Position numbers and translations under genes: made by a program. This document shows, piece after piece, positions 59,924 through 64,000 of a stretch of DNA of 64,000 nt (the stretch's first letter is position 1; the number at the start of each line of letters is the position of its first letter). A model generated the notes under the pieces. That model saw only the letters and a list, made by a program, of their open reading frames with translations. It did no database searches and was not told the DNA's origin. Source of the stretch: an uncultured Gemmatimonadaceae bacterium (GTDB taxonomy: Bacteria > Gemmatimonadota > Gemmatimonadetes > Gemmatimonadales > Gemmatimonadaceae); NCBI GenBank assembly GCA_963761305.1, contig CAVXGK010000002.1:864001-928000 (forward strand), given 5' to 3'.

Positions 59924-61048
59924 GCCGCGGCGCTCCCGCCGCTCGGACGCGCACCGAACGAAGTGAGGTACGCTTCTATGAACGGATCGATGTCCCCGTC
60001 CATCACCCGCTGCACGTCCGGGATCTTCAGCTCCGTGCGGTGATCGTTGACCATCGTGTACGGCTGGAAGACATAGCTGCGAATCTGATTGCCGAAGCTC
60101 ACGTCCGACTTGGTCGCGTCGAGCTCCGCCTTCTTCTTCGCCTGCCGCTCGGCCTCGAGCTGATAGAGCCGGTTCTTCAGCATCTTCATCGCCGTGCCCT
60201 TGTTCTTGTGCTGCGACCGCTCTTGCTGCGACGACACGACGATCCCGCTGGGAATGTGCGTGAGCCGGACGGCGGAGCTGGTCTTGTTGACGTGCTGGCC
60301 GCCGGCGCCGGACGCGCGGAAGACATCCATCCTGATGTCCTCGTCGCGGATCTCGATGTTGATCTCCTCGTTCACCACGGGATACACGAACACAGACGCG
60401 AAGCTCGTGTGGCGGCGCGCCTGTGCATCGAACGGCGAGATGCGCACGAGACGATGGACGCCGATCTCGGCTTTCAAGAATCCGTATGCGTACAGGCCTT
60501 TGACCTCGAGCACCGCGCCCTTGATGCCCGCTTCTTCGCCGTCGCTCAAGTCGAGGATCTCGACGTTGTAGCCTTTGCGCTCGCACCAGCGGGTGTACAT
60601 CCGCATGAGCATCGACGCCCAATCCTGCGCTTCCGTGCCCCCGGCGCCGGCGCTGATCTCGAGCTGCGCGTCTCGGTAGTCGTCTGGGCCCGACAGCAAC
60701 GACCGAAGGCGAAACGCTTCGATCTCCGATCCCAGCGCGGTCGCCTCGCGGTCGAGCTCCGCCGACATCTCCGCGTCCGGCTCCGACTGCAGCATGCCCT
60801 CGAGCTCGCGCGCGCTTTCGACGCGTCCGCCGATCGCGTCGAAGGGCTCCACCCAAACCTTGACGGTCTTTATCTGCTGGACCGCCGCCTGCGCCGACTG
60901 CTGGTCGTTCCAGAAACCCGGCGCGGCCATCCGTTCCTCGAGCGCGCGAAGCGTCTCGCGCTTGGCATCGAGGTCAAAGGTACCTCCGCAGCTCCGCCAA
61001 TCGCTCGGCGTATTGCCGAAGCTGACGCGCCCGCTCGCTTTCTGCCAT
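59920..61048 (-). CDS. prfB: peptide chain release factor 2, decoded through a programmed +1 frameshift
   Basis: 24-codon leader (61048-60977, MAESERARQLRQYAERLAELRRYL) ends GGAGG-TAC-CTT-TGA-C; the +1 frame continues DLDAKR.. into SPF and GGQ motifs. Confidence 0.97.
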
Positions 61049-61167
61049 TGATCGATTCTCCCCGGCCCCGGTTATGAGACGAGCCGTCCCGCGATCGCGC
61101 CGGACGGCTCGCTTGCCTGACAAATCTCAACCTAGCGCCACCCGGCGATCGGCGCACCCGGACGCGG

Positions 61168-62256
61168 TCAGAAGAGGCGTTGGCCGCCGGCGAGGATTTC
61201 GTTCAGCGCGTCTTGAAAATGGGTCGACGACTCGGCGAAATCGCGGCCGACCTGTTCGATGTATTCCTCCTGCGACTTCTTGATCTCCTCGCGGAACAGC
61301 TCGCGCAGTGTGCCGTCGCGAAGACCTTCGTCGCGCCGCTGCGGGAAGTACGTCACCAGATCCGACACGAGGGCTCGCGCCAGCCGCCGAGCCTTGGCGT
61401 TGGGGTCGTTGGCGAGAAACGGATTGATCGGCGCGCGCGACGGCGTGGCCGGCGTCGGCGATGCGGCAGGCGCGATCCCGCTGCTCGCCGAGCTCGCGGG
61501 GCTCGTGGGCGTGGGCGTAGCCGGCGTAGCCGGCCCAGCCGGCCGCACGGGCGTAGCGGCGACGGACGGCGCGGAAGCGATCGGAGTCGCCGGCCTGACC
61601 GGCGTGCCGCCCACGGGAGGCGCCGGAGCGATCGGAGTCGAGGCGCGATGCGGCGTGCTCTGCGCCGGACGCACCGCCGGCCGCGCGGGACCCGGCGAGA
61701 CGGCCGGCGGAATCGGCAGCGCGCCGGACGGTCGTGCGCTCGCTGGCGTGCGCGGCGCGGTCGCCGGACCAGCGAACGGCGGATGAACCGGACGCGGCGT
61801 GGCGGATGACGCCGGCGGTGTGGCCGGCGGTGCGCCGCCAACGGAAGGCGACATGAGCATCGGGCGCGACGGCGGCGCAGCGGCAGCCGGCGTTGCCCGC
61901 TGCGCGGGCGTCAGCGGCCGCGGAATCGGTGTCGGGAACGGAAGCGCCGCCGGAGGAGTGCCGGCGAGTGGCGGCGTCGGCGTAGCGGACCGCGCCGCTG
62001 GCGACGCCGCTGCCGGCGTTTCTGTTGGCCAAGCGAGCGCCGGGCCCGAATTCGCCGTCGCGCCGGGAGCGGCGACCGCGGCCGGCACGGCTGCGACCGG
62101 CGTCGACGGCGCCGCGAATTCCTCGTCGATCGGCGCGGCGGCTCCGACGATGATGACGCCGCCGCAGACCGAGCAGCGCGCGCGCACGCCCGCCGACGGC
62201 ACCTTCTCCGGATCGACGCGGAAAACCGAATTGCACTCTGGACACGAAACGTTCAC
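61168..62256 (-). CDS. MJ0042-type zinc-ribbon protein with long Pro/Ala linker and helical C-terminal domain
   Basis: CPEC..F.V....V...G..ARCSVC, about 240 aa of P/A/T/S low complexity, C-terminal ARRLARALVSD domain. Confidence 0.8.
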   Translation of the reverse strand: MNVSCPECNSVFRVDPEKVPSAGVRARCSVCGGVIIVGAAAPIDEEFAAPSTPVAAVPAAVAAPGATANSGPALAWPTETPAAASPAARSATPTPPLAGTPPAALPFPTPIPRPLTPAQRATPAAAAPPSRPMLMSPSVGGAPPATPPASSATPRPVHPPFAGPATAPRTPASARPSGALPIPPAVSPGPARPAVRPAQSTPHRASTPIAPAPPVGGTPVRPATPIASAPSVAATPVRPAGPATPATPTPTSPASSASSGIAPAASPTPATPSRAPINPFLANDPNAKARRLARALVSDLVTYFPQRRDEGLRDGTLRELFREEIKKSQEEYIEQVGRDFAESSTHFQDALNEILAGGQRLF

Positions 62257-63275
62257 TTAGGCTTTTCTCCTCCGCTCTCGGATCGCGCTGCCACACTACC
62301 GTGCGACAACGAACGCCCGGGTTCGGCCGGGTGCTCTGTCACCGCGTCGGTGCGTCGGTCGACCGAATACACCGATCCCGGCAACGTCTTCGCGTAGCTC
62401 TTCATCTCCGTCGCCAACGCGCTTACCTGCGCCGCGTGTCCGAAGCGCCGGCGCTCGTTGGTCACCACTCCGATCGACACGGTCATCAATGGTACGCGAT
62501 GAAGTTGTCCGCGGCGATCCTTTCCGAAGAAATATCCCGCCCGGCGGTCCTGGTCGGAGTACTGGTAGGGAATGAGCGCATCGAAGATCGAGATGATCTC
62601 CTCACACACCGGGTTCACGTCGTCGAGCGGCACGATGAAGATGAAGTCGTCGCCGCCAATGTGTCCTACGAAGCCCCGCTCCTGGCAATGCCCTTTCACC
62701 ACGTCGTGAAGGATCTGCGCGAGAATCCTGATGACGCCATCCCCTTCGTGGTATGAGTATCGGTCGTTGAACTCCTTGAAGTGATCCAGGTCGGCGTAGC
62801 ACGCCGCGAACAGCGTCCCGGCCTCGAGGCGGCGGCCGATGTCCGCCTCGATCTCCATGGCGCCCGGCAGCCGCGTCGATGGGTGGACGTACAGGTCCCG
62901 GTCCGACCGGCGCAGGAGCGCGCTCAGCCTCGTCATCATCTCGCTCGTCGCCAGCCCCTCGCGAATGACCTCGTCCGCGCCTGCGTCGAACCCGGCCTTG
63001 AACGCCGCGGCTGCGTCTTCCGTCAGCGCGACGGCCGGCACGATGCCGGTGTACGAGTCGGACTTGAGCCGGCGCAGCGCATCGAGCACGAACGCCGTCG
63101 CGCGCCGAGCGTCGAAGATCACGACCCGTGGCCGGCTGCGAAGCGCCACCGACATCAGTGTGTCGGCATCGGAGAGCGCGAGGACGGGGACGTCGAGGGT
63201 CGCCAACCACTGCTCGATGGGCTCGAGCGGCGGGGCTCCTTCACCCGAATACACGATCGCGCTTGGAGTGGCCAC
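62253..63275 (-). CDS. degenerate receiver plus GGDEF-domain protein (GGDDF variant)
   Basis: RPRVVIFD, AGAD.., HPSTRLPG, DLDHFKEFNDRY, GHIGGDDF, VSIGV; start uncertain (GTG at 63275; frame is open to 63344). Confidence 0.88.
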   Translation of the reverse strand: MATPSAIVYSGEGAPPLEPIEQWLATLDVPVLALSDADTLMSVALRSRPRVVIFDARRATAFVLDALRRLKSDSYTGIVPAVALTEDAAAAFKAGFDAGADEVIREGLATSEMMTRLSALLRRSDRDLYVHPSTRLPGAMEIEADIGRRLEAGTLFAACYADLDHFKEFNDRYSYHEGDGVIRILAQILHDVVKGHCQERGFVGHIGGDDFIFIVPLDDVNPVCEEIISIFDALIPYQYSDQDRRAGYFFGKDRRGQLHRVPLMTVSIGVVTNERRRFGHAAQVSALATEMKSYAKTLPGSVYSVDRRTDAVTEHPAEPGRSLSHGSVAARSESGGEKPK

Positions 63276-63414
63276 TCGTTGCGATGCCGGCGGGTTGGAG
63301 CGGCGAAGGAATCGCGCCCGGCTGCAGGCGCGAACTCGAATCAAATCAAACCAGGACGCGCGGGCAGTTCCAGCGCCCGCATGCAGTTCTTTTTCGTCGT
63401 CCGGGCGACTGTGG

Positions 63415-64000
63415 TCACCAGGGCCTGCTCACCTCGAGCGACGCGCCGCGGGTCACCCCCCCGGGGGCAGGACGAATCTGCAGCCGGAACGTCGCGAAGG
63501 CGTCGACCATGCTGAGCACGTGATTGGCGCCGATGAAGATCAGGTCCTGCACCGCCGCGGCGTGCGCGTCGTTTCGCTTGTCGGTGGTGCGGATGAACTG
63601 GTCGTACTGAAGCTGCGCGTTGCGCCACGACCATTGGAAGTTCGGTTTGACCGCCTGTTGCTCGTAGGCCACGAGCGCGGCGGCTGTCGTCGAATTGGTC
63701 GCGAGCAGCTGCTGCCAGAGATGCCCGTTGAACGTCGTGACGTCGGTCTCGGGGACGACCGCCCCGTTGTTGCCGAGCGAATACGCGCCGCTCTCGAGGA
63801 AATCGCGCATCGACTCGTAGTACGTCCAGTCGCCGTCAGGGGGCGCGCTCGAGAAGTGCGACCGCGCCACGGTTCGCGCGATCGACTTGAACGCGGCTTC
63901 CTGCTGCGTTTGCTCGTGCGCGCTCTTGCTGAACCGCCACCAGCCGATCACCTCGGCGGCCGTGTACACGATGAATCGATCGTTGCCGAGCGTGAACTGT
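63415..64000 (-). CDS. hypothetical protein, probably membrane/exported; 5' end lies outside the window
   Basis: frame is open to the window edge, coding-like codon usage, hydrophobic NHVLSMVDAF segment. Confidence 0.6.
   Translation of the reverse strand, partial: QFTLGNDRFIVYTAAEVIGWWRFSKSAHEQTQQEAAFKSIARTVARSHFSSAPPDGDWTYYESMRDFLESGAYSLGNNGAVVPETDVTTFNGHLWQQLLATNSTTAAALVAYEQQAVKPNFQWSWRNAQLQYDQFIRTTDKRNDAHAAAVQDLIFIGANHVLSMVDAFATFRLQIRPAPGGVTRGASLEVSRPW

Noticed and set aside
28196..60856. Long N-terminal extensions in the ORF track for der, murJ, gdhA, the gnnA-like gene, lpxA, lolD and lysS
   Set aside because: They overlap upstream genes in another frame; the true starts coincide with stop/start overlaps or short gaps. 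Only the LptB extension occupies its own non-overlapping DNA.
61430..62150. Repetitive GC-rich DNA as a tandem repeat element
   Set aside because: Explained by the Pro/Ala/Thr low-complexity linker of the zinc-ribbon protein; no exact DNA periodicity was seen.
62253..63275. Hypr-type (cGAMP-producing) GGDEF
   Set aside because: The substrate-specificity position keeps Asp (YHEGD) rather than the Ser/Thr of Hypr enzymes.

Overview
Very GC-rich, densely coding chromosomal window from a diderm (LPS-producing) bacterium. Gene content and order suggest Gemmatimonadota; this is an inference, not a lookup. Most of the window is core genome. Left of about 22.75 kb every gene is on the + strand: mqnC, ispF, xerD, a TrpG/PabA-type amidotransferase, a putative outer-membrane protein, kdsB-pyrG-kdsA-kdsC-kdsD-lptC-lptA-lptB-rpoN, a glycosylation cluster (GT2, GT4, UPF0104 flippase-like protein, YfhO-type GT-C, Ig/beta-propeller lipoprotein, polyprenol-P-mannose synthase-like GT2) and dapF. 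Right of that point every gene is on the - strand: a GGDEF protein, a zinc-ribbon protein, prfB (+1 frameshift), lysS, lolC/E-lolD, mcsA-mcsB-clpC, bamA-skp-lpxD-lpxC/fabZ-lpxA-gnnA-like-lpxB-DUF374-lpxK, gdhA, rlmH, bshC, murJ, uvrC, thrC, larC, a TPR protein, DUF512 radical SAM-der-plsY-gpsA, merR-like, surE, pcm, acyP, apt, tRNA-Arg(CCT) and a TPR protein. A 28-bp XerC/XerD dif-like site lies exactly where the two strands converge (22767-22794), so the window probably spans the replication terminus. I saw no CRISPR array, prophage or transposase. The best candidate for an undescribed system is general protein O-glycosylation: exported proteins here are strongly enriched in Bacteroidetes-type D-(S/T)-x sequons, next to a complete-looking polyprenol-sugar/flippase/GT-C cluster. 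Other oddities are a ~170-aa N-terminal domain on LptB, a 36-aa insertion in LolD, a ~120-bp palindromic element, and a CtsR-less McsAB-ClpC operon inside the outer-membrane biogenesis cluster. All calls come from manual motif recognition; no searches were run.
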